This document shows, piece after piece, positions 23,882 through 36,000 of a DNA stretch of 64,000 nt. Under the pieces are notes generated by a model. It saw only the letters and a list, made by a program, of their open reading frames with translations. It did not search any database and had not been told where the DNA came from. Positions within the stretch are counted from its first letter, which is position 1. Each line of letters opens with the position of its first letter. The stretch is from Prevotella sp. (GTDB lineage Bacteria > Bacteroidota > Bacteroidia > Bacteroidales > Bacteroidaceae), in NCBI GenBank assembly GCA_017538195.1, contig JAFYJH010000045.1, positions 486-64,485 on the forward strand. The letters are read 5' to 3'. Position numbers and translations under genes: made by a program.

Positions 23882-26800
23882 ATGAAAACAAAGAATATTA
23901 AATATCTCTTAATAGCCGTTTGCGCCCTATTCAGCACGGCAGCAATGGCTCAGGGCACGCGCATCTCGGGTACAGTCAGCGACTTGGAAGGCCCGATCAT
24001 GATGTGTAACGTCGTGGAAATCGACGGAAACAACCGTATCGTGTCCAATGCGCAGACCGACATCAACGGTAACTTCTCGATGGAGGTCGTCAATACGAAG
24101 AACAAACTTCAGGTGTCTTACGTCGGTTACAAGAAAGTGACGCTTCCCATCGGCGACAACACTACGTTCAACATCACGCTGGAGGAGCAGAACACCATCA
24201 AGGAAGTGGTCATCAAGGCCAAGCCCAAGTATCGCCAAGGCGGTCTGGTCATTCCCGAAAACGAGGTGTCGTCTGCAAAGCAAACCTTCAACATGAGCGA
24301 AGTGGAAGGTCTTTCGTTCACCTCAGCCGACGAAGCCCTGCAAGGTAAGATTGCCGGTCTCGACATCGTGGCCAACTCTGGTAACCTCGGTTCGGGAACT
24401 TCGATGCGCCTGCGTGGTGTCACCTCGATTAACGGTTCCTCGGAGCCTCTGATCGTGGTCGATGGAAACATCTTCGACAACCCCGACGAGTCGTTCGACT
24501 TCGCCTCGGCCAACGAAGAAACCTACGCTGCGCTGCTTTCGGTGAACCCATCGGACATTGACAAGATCGACGTTTTGAAAGACGCTGCCGCAACCGCCAT
24601 CTGGGGTTCTCGCGGTGCCAACGGTGTCATTTCGATTACCACGAAGCGTGGTTCTCGCGGTGCCACCCACGTCGATTACTCGCTCCGCTTGCAGGCCAAC
24701 TGGCAGCCGAAGGGCTACAACCTGCTGAACGGTGACGAATACACGATGATGCTGAAGGAAATGTACTACAATCCGCAGCAGAGCGCATCGGCCACCGACG
24801 ACATCAACGAAATCAACTACAACCCCTCGTGGGCTGAGTTCGAGAACTGGAACAACAACACAGACTGGGTGAAGGCCGTACAGCAGGTCGGATGGAGCCA
24901 GTATCACTACCTGACCATCTCGGGTGGTGGTGAAAAGGCCAACTTCCGCATCTCGGCAGGTTACGACCATCAGAGAGGTACGATCATCAAGCAGACGCTC
25001 GACCGTTTCTCGACGAAACTCGCCCTCGACTACTTCGTCAGCGACCGCATCGTGTTCCGCACGACCTTCCCGCTGACCTACACCTATAATAATAAGAACT
25101 ACTCGGGAATCCTCGGACTGGCCCAGAAGATGGCTCCGAACATGAGCATCTATCGCCAGAATGCCGACGGAAGCGACACCGACGAATACTACATCATGCT
25201 GCCTTCGGGCAACAGCCGCACGCAGGCCAACACCTCGGCGTCGCAGTTGTCGTCGATTCGTGGCCTTGGCAACCCCGTTGCCATCGCCAACCTCGCTTGG
25301 GTACACGACAAGACCTATCGCGTTTCGCCGGAGTTCAAGATCGACTACTACCTCTTGGGCAAGGACGAGGACAAGACGCGACTCGACTACACGGGACTGG
25401 TCTATATGGACATCTTCTCGGAGAGCCAGCCCAAGTTCTATCCGGGTTCGCTGAGTTCCGACAACTGGCAGAGCGGAAACTACAACCTCAACGAGGTCTA
25501 TGACTACAACTCGTTGTCGTTCACGACCCGCCATAGTCTGAACTTCACGCCGCATTTCCGCAACAAAGACTGGTATGTCACCATGCGCGGACAGTGGGAA
25601 ATGTCGATTGGCCAGAACAACAGCCAGACCATCAGCGTCGTGAACGTGCCGAACGGCATCGAGGCTCCCTCGGTCGATGGTAAGCACCCGACGATGAGTT
25701 CGGGCAACGGCGAATGGCGTTCGATGTCGGCCTCGTTCCAGAACCACATGTCCTACAAGTCGCGCTACGTGCTGGGCTTCTCCCTCCGTGCCGACGGTAC
25801 GACGAAGTTCGGTGATGCCAGAAAATGGGGTTACTTCCCGAGCGTCTCGCTGCGTTGGAACATTGTCGATGAACCCTTCATGAAATGGGCGAAGCCGACG
25901 ATTTCAATGTTGTCGTTCCGTCCCTCGTGGGGTATCGTAGGCCGTCAGCCCGGCGGTGAATACCTGCAATATGCGCGCTACGCTTCGAGCGGCACCTACG
26001 GCGTGAGCGGTGATGCCATTTCCTACTTGGAAGGCTTGCAACTCAACCGCCTGCAATGGGAGCGCACGATGCAGTATAACATCGGTGGCGACTTCGGCTT
26101 CTTCAACGACCTCATCACGGGTGACTTCAACTACTACTTCAAGCGCACGCGCAACCTGTTGATGTCGGGCGTTCGCATTCCTTCGACCACTGGTTTCTCG
26201 TCGCTCGCATGGACGAATGTCGGCGAAATGACCAACGAAGGTTGGGAATTGAACATCAATGCCAACAAATTCCTGAAAATTGGCAAGTTCGAGATGAGCG
26301 CCAACTTCAACATCGCCCAGAACCGCAACGAAATCGTGGAAATGGACGAGAGCGTGCTCGAATCCATCAACTCGGAATGGGACGCCAGTTCACGCGGCGA
26401 ATATCTGAACCGTATTCAGACGGGTAATCCGCTCGGTTCGATCTATGGCCTGCGCTACAAGGGCGTCTATCAATATTCCTACGACTGGCTGCTCAACATG
26501 AAGAACAGCCACGGCTGGGATGGCGAACAGTTCCGCGACTACATTAACAACGACTTCCTTGCCAGCGGCAAGACCGCTCCGATTGCCATCGGTGCCGACG
26601 GAAGAGTGCTGATGGACTCGCACGGAAACCCCATCCAGCAGGTGTATAACTACAAAGACGGTACGCCGACCTACAAGTTCCAAGGTGGTGATGCCATGTA
26701 TGAAGATGTCAATAACGACGGCCAGATCAACGCCCTCGACATTGTCTATCTCGGCAACTCCAACCCGAAGATCAGCGGTGGTTTCGGCTTCAGCTTCTTC

Positions 26801-27253
26801 TACGACAACTGGACGCTGAAAACCAGTTTCACCTATCGTCTCGGCCACAAGGTTGTGAACAATGCCCGCATGTACCTTGAGCAGATGTTCAACGCCTACA
26901 ACCAGAGTTCGGCAGTGAACTGGCGTTGGCGCAAGAACGGCGACGTGACGACCATGCCGCGTGCCATGTACAACTCGGGCTACAACTTCCTCGGCAGCGA
27001 CCGCTACGTGGAAGACGCCTCGTTTGTCCGTCTCAGCTATGTGCAGCTCTCCTACAGATTCAAGAAAAAGACGCTGCAGACCCTCGGCCTGCGCAACTTG
27101 GCAGTCAGCCTGTCGGCGCAGAATCTCCTCGTATTCACGAAGTACAGCGGAACCGACCCCGAACACGGTGCCGGCGCATGGGGTATTGCCAAGGACGGCT
27201 CCCAGACTCCGCGCAGCAAGTCGATAACGATGAACATCAATGTTGGCTTCTGA
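23882..27253 (+). CDS. SusC/RagA TonB-dependent transporter
   Basis: PLIVVDG, DIDKIDVLKDAAATAIWGSRGANGVISITTKRG plug signature; C-terminal Phe. Confidence 0.96.
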   Translation: MKTKNIKYLLIAVCALFSTAAMAQGTRISGTVSDLEGPIMMCNVVEIDGNNRIVSNAQTDINGNFSMEVVNTKNKLQVSYVGYKKVTLPIGDNTTFNITLEEQNTIKEVVIKAKPKYRQGGLVIPENEVSSAKQTFNMSEVEGLSFTSADEALQGKIAGLDIVANSGNLGSGTSMRLRGVTSINGSSEPLIVVDGNIFDNPDESFDFASANEETYAALLSVNPSDIDKIDVLKDAAATAIWGSRGANGVISITTKRGSRGATHVDYSLRLQANWQPKGYNLLNGDEYTMMLKEMYYNPQQSASATDDINEINYNPSWAEFENWNNNTDWVKAVQQVGWSQYHYLTISGGGEKANFRISAGYDHQRGTIIKQTLDRFSTKLALDYFVSDRIVFRTTFPLTYTYNNKNYSGILGLAQKMAPNMSIYRQNADGSDTDEYYIMLPSGNSRTQANTSASQLSSIRGLGNPVAIANLAWVHDKTYRVSPEFKIDYYLLGKDEDKTRLDYTGLVYMDIFSESQPKFYPGSLSSDNWQSGNYNLNEVYDYNSLSFTTRHSLNFTPHFRNKDWYVTMRGQWEMSIGQNNSQTISVVNVPNGIEAPSVDGKHPTMSSGNGEWRSMSASFQNHMSYKSRYVLGFSLRADGTTKFGDARKWGYFPSVSLRWNIVDEPFMKWAKPTISMLSFRPSWGIVGRQPGGEYLQYARYASSGTYGVSGDAISYLEGLQLNRLQWERTMQYNIGGDFGFFNDLITGDFNYYFKRTRNLLMSGVRIPSTTGFSSLAWTNVGEMTNEGWELNINANKFLKIGKFEMSANFNIAQNRNEIVEMDESVLESINSEWDASSRGEYLNRIQTGNPLGSIYGLRYKGVYQYSYDWLLNMKNSHGWDGEQFRDYINNDFLASGKTAPIAIGADGRVLMDSHGNPIQQVYNYKDGTPTYKFQGGDAMYEDVNNDGQINALDIVYLGNSNPKISGGFGFSFFYDNWTLKTSFTYRLGHKVVNNARMYLEQMFNAYNQSSAVNWRWRKNGDVTTMPRAMYNSGYNFLGSDRYVEDASFVRLSYVQLSYRFKKKTLQTLGLRNLAVSLSAQNLLVFTKYSGTDPEHGAGAWGIAKDGSQTPRSKSITMNINVGF

Positions 27254-27293
27254 TACAATGGTAAAAAGGTATAAAAGTAAAAAGGTGAATGAT

Positions 27294-29042
27294 ATGAAAA
27301 AGAAGATATTCAATGAAATGGCGAAGAAAGGACTCTACTTGCTCCTTCCTTTACTCCTCGTCAGTTGCAACGACTTCCTGACCATCTATCCGACCGACAA
27401 GACCATCGGCGAGGATTTCTGGAAAACGAAGGAAGACGTGAAGAACATGGTGACGGGAGCCTATGGCCAAATGATTTCCGAAGGCTGTCAGGAGAAAGCC
27501 ATCGTCTGGGGTTCATTCCGTTCAGACGAACTCGTGCAATACAAGGACAATGGCAATTCCAACTTGCAGAACATCAGTGCGGTGAACCTGCTGCCCACCA
27601 ACGGATATAACACGTGGGAGAACTTCTACAGCGTCATCAACCGCTGCAACATCGTTCTCAACCACATCGGCGATGTGCTCGAAGTCGATCCCGCCTTCAC
27701 ACAAGGCGACTACGACGAAACCCGCGCACAGATGCTCGCCCTGCGCTCGCTGTGCTACTTCTACCTCGTGCGCACCTTCCGCGACGTGCCCTACACAACA
27801 CAGTCGTACGAAGACGACGATCAGGAAATGCTCATTCCGCAGACCACGCCCGACAGCGTGCTGCAATACTGCATCAACGACCTCTTGGAGTCGGAGCGTT
27901 ACATCATGAGAACGGGAGCCTACGGCGAAGGAAACTGGCGCAACAAGGGCTACTTCACGACCGATGCCGTCCGCGCACTCTTGGCCGACATCTACCTCTG
28001 GCGCGGCTCGATGACCCACAACGAGGACGACTACCGCAAGTGCGTGGAATATGCCGACAAGGTCATCACTGCCAAGGACGAATACTTTAAGACCGTCAAT
28101 GCCGGTCGCACCTCGCAAATCGAGGAAGACATCTACCACTTGGCCGAAGGCGGTGCTGAGATGTTCAAGGAGTTGTATGTCGATGGCAATGCCCACGAAA
28201 GCATCCTCGAATGGCAGTACAACTCCAACAACACGGGTCTCGGAAAGTATTACATCACGGGACACGATTCCAACCACGGAATCCTGCTGGCATCGAAGAT
28301 TTTCACCCAGTACGAGTCCAATGCCAACACCGAACAGGGTCAGATGGCGTTCCATTCGAGAAACGACTACCGTTTCTGGTTCTCGGTCTATGATGCCAAC
28401 AACGGCGAAGCCATCAACGGCCTCGACATTCGCAAAATGGTGGATAACAACTATCTGAACCTCGGAAATCCGAGCAGCGCAAAGGGTAAGGAAAGACCCA
28501 GCAACACAGGTGTGACCAACCGCAACTGGATTGTCTATCGCCTGCCCGACGTGATGCTGATGAAGGCTGAGGCTCTCGTGCAACTCGCCACAGACGCTGA
28601 CGACGACGACGCGCTCAAACGCGCCTTCCACCTCGTTCAGACCGTCAATAAGCGCTCGATGTACAGACTGGCATCCGACACGCTTCAGCAAAGTGCCTAC
28701 AAGAGCAAGGACCAGATGGAATTCCTCGTTCTCGCCGAGCGCGGACGCGAACTCTGCTTCGAAGGCAAGCGTTGGTACGACCTGATGCGCTACAGCTATC
28801 GCCACATGGAAGGCGTCGATGCCAAGACCAAGTTGGCTGACAAGACCGCATGGCCCGCCCTCTACGACGGAATGATCAAACTCGTTGTCAGAAAATACGT
28901 GAGCGGTGGCGACGCCTTCGCCTACAAGATGGAGAGCGAACCTTTCCTCTACTGGCCTGTTTTGGAACGCGAGATTCGCGTCAATAAACTGTTGAAGCAG
29001 AATCCCGTGTACATACAGGATGAAACTATGACCAAATATTAA
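27294..29042 (+). CDS. SusD/RagB lipoprotein
   Basis: Lipobox LVSC; YFYLVRTFRDVP, YRLPDVMLMKAEA, ERGRELCFEGKRWYDLMR, QNP. Likely start 27294. Confidence 0.95.
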   Translation: MKKKIFNEMAKKGLYLLLPLLLVSCNDFLTIYPTDKTIGEDFWKTKEDVKNMVTGAYGQMISEGCQEKAIVWGSFRSDELVQYKDNGNSNLQNISAVNLLPTNGYNTWENFYSVINRCNIVLNHIGDVLEVDPAFTQGDYDETRAQMLALRSLCYFYLVRTFRDVPYTTQSYEDDDQEMLIPQTTPDSVLQYCINDLLESERYIMRTGAYGEGNWRNKGYFTTDAVRALLADIYLWRGSMTHNEDDYRKCVEYADKVITAKDEYFKTVNAGRTSQIEEDIYHLAEGGAEMFKELYVDGNAHESILEWQYNSNNTGLGKYYITGHDSNHGILLASKIFTQYESNANTEQGQMAFHSRNDYRFWFSVYDANNGEAINGLDIRKMVDNNYLNLGNPSSAKGKERPSNTGVTNRNWIVYRLPDVMLMKAEALVQLATDADDDDALKRAFHLVQTVNKRSMYRLASDTLQQSAYKSKDQMEFLVLAERGRELCFEGKRWYDLMRYSYRHMEGVDAKTKLADKTAWPALYDGMIKLVVRKYVSGGDAFAYKMESEPFLYWPVLEREIRVNKLLKQNPVYIQDETMTKY

Positions 29043-29062
29043 CACTAAAACGATGATAGATT

Positions 29063-31225
29063 ATGAAATACGATTTTAGTAAGCATATCGGAAAGCTCTT
29101 CATCGTCATGGCGGCACTCGTCATGACGGGGCTGAACAGTTGTAAGGAAGACATCGACGAGTCGAACCTCTACACCTTCACGGGTGAAACCATCGAGGAC
29201 TACATCGTCAATCGTCCCGAGCAATTCAGTAATTTCAACTACATTCTCAAGCGTATCGGCTACGACCAGATCCTCTCGGCCTACGGCACATACACCTGTT
29301 TCGCGCCGACCAACGATGCCGTAACAGCCTACGTCGATAGCCTCTACGACGACATGAGCAAAGACGGACTGCCCCACAACGGCATGACCGGCCCTGGACT
29401 GGAAGGCCTCACCGACTCGCTCTGTAATGACATCGCCCTGTTCCACCTGCTCTACAGCGAGGTGATGGGCGTTGATATGAACAGCGGAATGACCATCAGC
29501 ACGATGCTCGGACGCGACATCAACACGTCGATCGACCCCGAATCGAAACGACTCGTGCTGAACGACTACTCGCAAATCGTGTCGATGGACAACGAACTCG
29601 AAAACGGCGTGCTCCATGAAATCGACCACGTGCTGACTCGCTCGAACAACCTCATCGCAGGTGAGCTCAGCAAGCACGAGGAATTCACCATCTTCAATCA
29701 GGCACTTGTCGCCACGACGCTCGCCGACTCGCTCTCGGCACTCGAGCGCAGGGACGTCATCATTCCGCAGAAATACAACTGTAACAAGTCGAAGGACAAG
29801 AGAATCTACACGCCCGGCAGAGGAAACAACGCCGTTGAAGGCGATCCCGGAACGTGTAAGTTGGGCTACACCATCTTCGCCGAGACCGACGAGGTGTTGA
29901 AAGCCAACGGCATCAACAACCTCGACGACCTCGCTGCCTTTGCCGCAAAAGTCTATGGCAACTGCGCCAAGCAGGACGGCGGATGGTACGACTATTTCCG
30001 CAACCACGGCATTGAAGTGAGCACGGGAACCGACTACTCGAATCCTTACAACGCGCTCAATATGTTCATGAGATACCACATCTTGGAATACATGGTGTCG
30101 TATGACAACTTCTTCTTCACCGACAAGGAAGGCGTGTCGAACCACGCATCTGCGCCCATCTATGAATACATGGAAACGATGCTGCCCTACACGCTGATGA
30201 AGCTCTCGCGCATCAACGGTGTGCCGCGCATCAACCGCTGGGTGACAAACAGCACGCTGACAGACCGCGAGGCCGATCTTGCTTCGCCGGCCATCGCAAC
30301 CGTGATGAAGGAAGGAATCCTTGTCAATAAGGACAACATCCAGTCGCTCAACGGCTACATCCACCCGATCAACGGCATGTTGGTCTATGACTACGATGTG
30401 CCGCACGGAACGCTCAACGAGCGTATGCGCTTCGACATCACCTCGTTCTTGCACGAAATGATGACCAACGGACTGCGCAGAATGAATCCGAAGGACGTGA
30501 AAGCCCGTGCAGGCGGCACCTTCGACACCTTCGGCGGTGACGGAAACATGCGTATTCCCGAGAACTTCTGTAAGAACATCCGCGTCTATAACGGCGACAA
30601 CTCCGAAATCTACTACCTCGGAGGTCAGGATGTGCCTTGGTGTAACTACCAGCGCGACGAGTTGAACTGTAACGGTGCCTACGACTTCGCCCTGCGCCTG
30701 CCGCCGCTGCCCGACGGAACCTACGAACTCCGCCTCGGCTTCACCGCCAACGAACTTCGCGGCATGATGCAGTGCTACCTCGGTCGCACGTCGGCCATCA
30801 CCTCGATGAAGGCCCTCGACATCCCGCTCGACATGCGCCACAAGCCGTATAACCTCAACGAAACCAACCCCAGTTATGTCGATGAGAAGACGGGAACCGT
30901 CATCCCCGACGAAGTGACTGGTTGGCTGCCTTACTACAGATACACCGAAGACAACGGTATCGAGAGCGACGCCAACATGCGAAGCCTCGGCTGGATGCGC
31001 GGTCCGATGGCCTACTACTACATCGGACAATCGAAGAACTCCCGCCGCTATCCGGGTTGCCTGCGCCGAATCCTCGTCAAACAGCAGTTCGAGCAGGGCG
31101 AATACTGGATTCGCTTCAAGACGGTGCTTCCCGACAACACCTCTTCGGAATTCTATCTCGACTACATCGAGCTTTGTCCCGAGAATGTCTATAACAATCC
31201 GATGTACCTCGAAGATATGTTCTAA
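29063..31225 (+). CDS. Fasciclin-domain lipoprotein
   Basis: Lipobox LNSC; TCFAPTNDA, NGVLHEIDHVL, TIFAETDE, NGYIHPIN. Confidence 0.87.
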   Translation: MKYDFSKHIGKLFIVMAALVMTGLNSCKEDIDESNLYTFTGETIEDYIVNRPEQFSNFNYILKRIGYDQILSAYGTYTCFAPTNDAVTAYVDSLYDDMSKDGLPHNGMTGPGLEGLTDSLCNDIALFHLLYSEVMGVDMNSGMTISTMLGRDINTSIDPESKRLVLNDYSQIVSMDNELENGVLHEIDHVLTRSNNLIAGELSKHEEFTIFNQALVATTLADSLSALERRDVIIPQKYNCNKSKDKRIYTPGRGNNAVEGDPGTCKLGYTIFAETDEVLKANGINNLDDLAAFAAKVYGNCAKQDGGWYDYFRNHGIEVSTGTDYSNPYNALNMFMRYHILEYMVSYDNFFFTDKEGVSNHASAPIYEYMETMLPYTLMKLSRINGVPRINRWVTNSTLTDREADLASPAIATVMKEGILVNKDNIQSLNGYIHPINGMLVYDYDVPHGTLNERMRFDITSFLHEMMTNGLRRMNPKDVKARAGGTFDTFGGDGNMRIPENFCKNIRVYNGDNSEIYYLGGQDVPWCNYQRDELNCNGAYDFALRLPPLPDGTYELRLGFTANELRGMMQCYLGRTSAITSMKALDIPLDMRHKPYNLNETNPSYVDEKTGTVIPDEVTGWLPYYRYTEDNGIESDANMRSLGWMRGPMAYYYIGQSKNSRRYPGCLRRILVKQQFEQGEYWIRFKTVLPDNTSSEFYLDYIELCPENVYNNPMYLEDMF

Positions 31226-31270
31226 TCTGCAATTAACAATTAAAAATTAACAATTAAAAATTTAATCGTT

Positions 31271-33043
31271 ATGAACATAAGAAAGGTAAATATAAGACTG
31301 GTTTTCTCAGCCTTGGCCCTCGTTTCCTTGCTCTTTACCTCCTGCAAGGAGTGGGACGAGCACTACGACGCAGGCAGCGCCGTGGAAGGCTCTGCCACGG
31401 CAACCATCTGGGAAAACATCACGGCCAACCCCAACCTGTCGCAATTTGCTGCACTGGTGCAGAAAGCGGGTTATGACGAATTGCTGAAATCGACGCAGAC
31501 CCTGACGGTCTGGGCTCCGCTCAACGACACCTTCGACTACGAAGCCCTGATGAGCGAGAGCAACGAAACGCTTCGGAAAGAGTTTGTGCAGAACCACATC
31601 GCCCGCAACAACTATCCGGCTTCGGGCCAGATCGGGTGGTCGGTTTCCATGCTCAACCTGAAGCACCTCGTCTTCGAGGGCAACGGCAACTACACGATGG
31701 ACGGCATTGCCGTGGCACAGCCCAATGTGGCGAGTGCCAACGGTGTGCTCCATGCCCTCAATGGCAAGTTGCAGTTCCGCTCGAACATTCTGGAATCGCT
31801 CAACAACAAGGATTTCCCCATCGACTCGATCAGCGACTATTACCACAGCTACGACGTGCTGAAACTCAACGAGTCGAAGAGCACGGCGGGGCCCGTCGTC
31901 GATGGTCAGCTCACCTATCTCGACTCCGTTTTCGACGAGTACAACATGCTGACGACGCTGCACAAATCCTACATCGAACACGAGGATAGTAACTACTCGA
32001 TGGTTGTGCCTTCCAACGAGGCTTGGGAAAAGGCCATGAAGTACATCAGAAACTGCTACAACTATGTGGACTTCACGTATTTGGACCATCCCTCTTCGAA
32101 AGGAACCAACCAGACGCAGGAGCGCGTGACGCTGTCGCCCGGTCCCGAATACTGGAACGATTCCATCAGCCACTTCAAAATGCTCACGGGACTGTTCTAC
32201 AACAACAATCTCTACGACAACAAGAAGCTCAATCAGTGGGCAAACGGCGAACAGCCCGTCATCGACTCCCTGATGACGACTCGCAACGAGCGAATGTACA
32301 CGGAAGATGCCATGGCAATGCTTCGGACGACAACGCCAGTGAAGAAGAGTAACGGAGCCATGTTCGTCACGGGCGACTCGCTGCATCTGCAGCCGTGGAT
32401 TTTCTGGAATCCGATGATCAACGTCGAGGCAGAGCATAGCGGCAATGTGGGTAGCGTGGAAAATGGTAATTCCGGCAACAAGAAAGTGACGACGGAAACC
32501 CAGAACCCGGACGTACCTGGCCAAGTGTCGAAGCAAGGCTACTTAGAAGTGTCGCCGCTGACCAATATGTCGAATGTGGAAATCAACTTCTACTTGAAAG
32601 ATATTCGCTCGACCACCTACGTGCTCTACATCGTATTTGTTCCTGCCAACATCACCAACCGATTCATTCCGGCGGAAGACATCAAGCCCAATCAAGTGCA
32701 GGTGCAACTGGGTTCCAACAGGGCAAACGGTACGATGCCTGCCAACCCGACTACGCTCTCGGTGGTAGATACGATTTATGACGACCAAGGCAATCCGACG
32801 ACCAAGACGCGCAACCTCTTCAGCAACGACCCGTCGAAAGTCGATACCGTTTGCTTTGGCGAAATCACCTTCCCGATTTGCTACTACGACATGGCAGGTT
32901 CGCCCTTCCTTCGCGTTCTCAGCCGCGTTCCCGTCGGCAGCACCGAGTTCGACCGCACCGTGCGCATCGACCGCGTGTTCCTCCTCCCGAAGGAGTTGGA
33001 TACCTACATGAAGGAACATCCTGACTATAAGGTTCATTACTAA
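31271..33043 (+). CDS. Fasciclin-domain lipoprotein
   Basis: Lipobox FTSC; TVWAPLND, NGVLHAL, MVVPSNEAW. Confidence 0.85.
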   Translation: MNIRKVNIRLVFSALALVSLLFTSCKEWDEHYDAGSAVEGSATATIWENITANPNLSQFAALVQKAGYDELLKSTQTLTVWAPLNDTFDYEALMSESNETLRKEFVQNHIARNNYPASGQIGWSVSMLNLKHLVFEGNGNYTMDGIAVAQPNVASANGVLHALNGKLQFRSNILESLNNKDFPIDSISDYYHSYDVLKLNESKSTAGPVVDGQLTYLDSVFDEYNMLTTLHKSYIEHEDSNYSMVVPSNEAWEKAMKYIRNCYNYVDFTYLDHPSSKGTNQTQERVTLSPGPEYWNDSISHFKMLTGLFYNNNLYDNKKLNQWANGEQPVIDSLMTTRNERMYTEDAMAMLRTTTPVKKSNGAMFVTGDSLHLQPWIFWNPMINVEAEHSGNVGSVENGNSGNKKVTTETQNPDVPGQVSKQGYLEVSPLTNMSNVEINFYLKDIRSTTYVLYIVFVPANITNRFIPAEDIKPNQVQVQLGSNRANGTMPANPTTLSVVDTIYDDQGNPTTKTRNLFSNDPSKVDTVCFGEITFPICYYDMAGSPFLRVLSRVPVGSTEFDRTVRIDRVFLLPKELDTYMKEHPDYKVHY

Positions 33044-33054
33044 TTTAAAACTCC

Positions 33055-36000
33055 ATGACAATGAAAAGACATATCATTCTCAGTTTCGGCATCCTGCTTG
33101 CCACTGCCGTCTGCCTGCCCGTCGTGGCACAGGACGACTTGGATGCCGATGACGTGCAGGAAACTGTCGTCAAGAAGAAAGTACAGACGAAGCTTCCCAC
33201 CTATCCCATGATGGAAGTGAAGGGTATCGTGGTCGATGCCGTGTCGAAAGAGCCGCTGTCGGGTATCCAAGTTCAGACACTCAACAACCGCCTTTACGCC
33301 GCCATGACCAACGAGCAGGGCGAATTCACCATCAAGGTGCCGACATTCGCCACCTCGCTCTACGTCTATTCGCCGCGCTACCTCAGCCAGCAGGTGGGCA
33401 TCGGCGACGGCACGAAGACGCTGCGCATCACGATGCTGCCCGACAAGTTCAAGACAATGTACGAAAACGGCACGAATGTGACGGCACGCGCCGAGGCACT
33501 CGTCAATAACACAACCTCGCTGACGGTGGAAAACGAAATCGAAAACAACATCGGTGCCGACATCCACGCCATCAACCGCTCTGGCGGTCCGGGCTACGGC
33601 GCAGCCATGTTCATTCGCGGTTTGAACTCGCTCAATGCGAATGCCATGCCGCTCATCGTGGTCGATGGTGTCGTCCGCGACATGCAGGAGACGCGCAACA
33701 CGCTCCACTACGGCGACTACACCAACCTGCTGCTCAATATCAACCCTGCCGACATCGAGAAAGTGCAGGTGCTGAAGAACGCAACGGCTCTCTACGGCGC
33801 GAAAGGCGGCAACGGCGTGGTGATGATCACCACGAAGCGCGGTCACTCGATGGCGACGCGCATCGATGCCAACATTGGCGCAGGCGTGACGCTCGTCGGA
33901 CGGCTGCCCGAAATGATGAACGCATCGCAATATCGCCTCTATGCGTCGGAAATGCTCGGAACCTATCCCGAAATCGGACGCTATCAGGACGAATTCAAGT
34001 TCCTCAGCGACGACCAGAGCAAATACTACTACAGAGAGTATCACAACGAAACCGACTGGACGAAGGAAGTCTATCACACGGCTGTCACGCAGAACTACAA
34101 CATCAACGTGCAGGGTGGTGACAACGTGGGTATGTATAACCTCTCGCTCGGCTACACCGACGCGCAGAGCACAGCCCGCAAAAACGACTTCAACCGCCTG
34201 AACGTGCGCTTCAACACCGACATCAACGTCATCTACAAGCTCACGACACGTTTCGACATGTCATACACGAAACTCAACCGCAACGTGTTCGACAACGGCG
34301 CACCCGAGGACTTCGGCGTGGCTCCCGTCTCGTCGCCCACGCTGCTCGCGCTCATCAAGGCTCCGTTCCTGAGTCCCTTCACCTATAATAATATTACGGG
34401 ACAACTGACAACGACCCTTTCAGATGCCGATGTGTTCCTGACGGGACTCGACCGCGACCTGACGCTCGGCAACCCGACGGCACTCTTGGTCAATGGTAAC
34501 GCCATCAACAAGAACCGCGTCGAAACGATGGTGTTCAACACGGTCATCGCTCCGCGCTACGAGTTCTCGCGCTACCTCTCGCTGACCGAGACCTTCAGCT
34601 ACACGCTCGACCGCACCTCGCAACGCTACTATCGTCCGAAAGGCGGTATGCCGATTTTCCTCATCGACGGAATCGGTCGCGTTGAGTCGCTCGTCAGCAC
34701 GATGTTCTCGAAGCAGACCAGCGTCGTCAGCGACACGCGCCTGCAATTCACCAAGCAGTTCGGCGAGCACTTTGTCGATGCCTACGGCGGTTTCCGCTAC
34801 GCTTCCTTCTCTTTCGACGACAACACGCCGAAGGGTCAGCGCAACTCGGGTACCAACGACAAGCAGCCGAACATCAGTGCCAGCATGACCTACATCGACG
34901 TGCTCGGCATCGCCGACGCATGGAAGAACATGACGTGGTACGGCAACCTCGACTACAACTATCGCAACCGCTACTTCGCACAACTGACCCTCGCCGCGGA
35001 AAGCAGCAGCCGCTTCGGTAAGAACTCGGCAGGCTTGAAGTTAGCAGGCGTGAAATGGGGCTTCTTCCCCAGTGTGCAACTCGGTTGGGCACTCACCAAC
35101 GAGGCTTGGTTCCCGAAGACCGACGCGCTGAACTACTTGCTCGTGAAGGCCGGCTACGACATCTCGGGCAACGACGACATCAGCAACTATGCTGCCCGTA
35201 CATCGTTTGGCGTGGTGAAATACCTGCGCGACCTCACGGCAGCCCAGTTGAACAACATCGGTAACGACGAAATCACCTACGAAAAGACCCGCCGTTTCAA
35301 TGTCGGAATGCAGTCGTATTGGCTCAACAACCGCGTTGGCGTGAACTTCGACTACTACATCAACAAGACGTCGAACCTGCTCACGCTGAAGAGCTTTGAA
35401 AATCCCGTCGCCGGTATCAACAACTACTGGTCGAATGGTGGTTCGCTCCAAAACACGGGCTTCGAACTCACCGTCACGGGCAAGCCTATCGTCTCGAAGA
35501 ACTTCAACGTGGAAATCGGTGCTTCGATGGGACACTATGTCAATAAAATCAAGTCGCTGCCCAACGACGACAAAATCTACATCGGCGGACAACTCGCCGC
35601 ACAGGGTTACACCTCGTCGATCTACGGCAAGGACAACATCGCAACCATCGTTGGCTACGAGGCAGGCAGTTTCTACGGCTATCGCTTCTTGGGCGTGTTC
35701 GCCACCGATGCCGAGGCTGCACAGGCAGGCAATGGAGGCTATCTCTACATGCGCGACAACACCGGTGCTCACAAGACCTTCACGGCTGGTGACGCCCACT
35801 TCGCCGACCTCAACGGCGACGGTGAAATCAACGAGGCCGACCGCACCATCATCGGCAATCCGAATCCCGACATCTACGGAAACATCTTCACCAACATCAT
35901 GTGGAAGAACTTCACGCTGACCGTCGGCTTCAACTACTCGCTCGGCAACGACGTGTTCAACTACCAGCGCAGCGTGCTCGAAGGCGGCAACAACTTCTAC

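Noticed and set aside
26700-35845. EF-hand-like DxNxDG motifs in both SusC proteins
   Set aside because: This is a routine feature of SusC-family loops.
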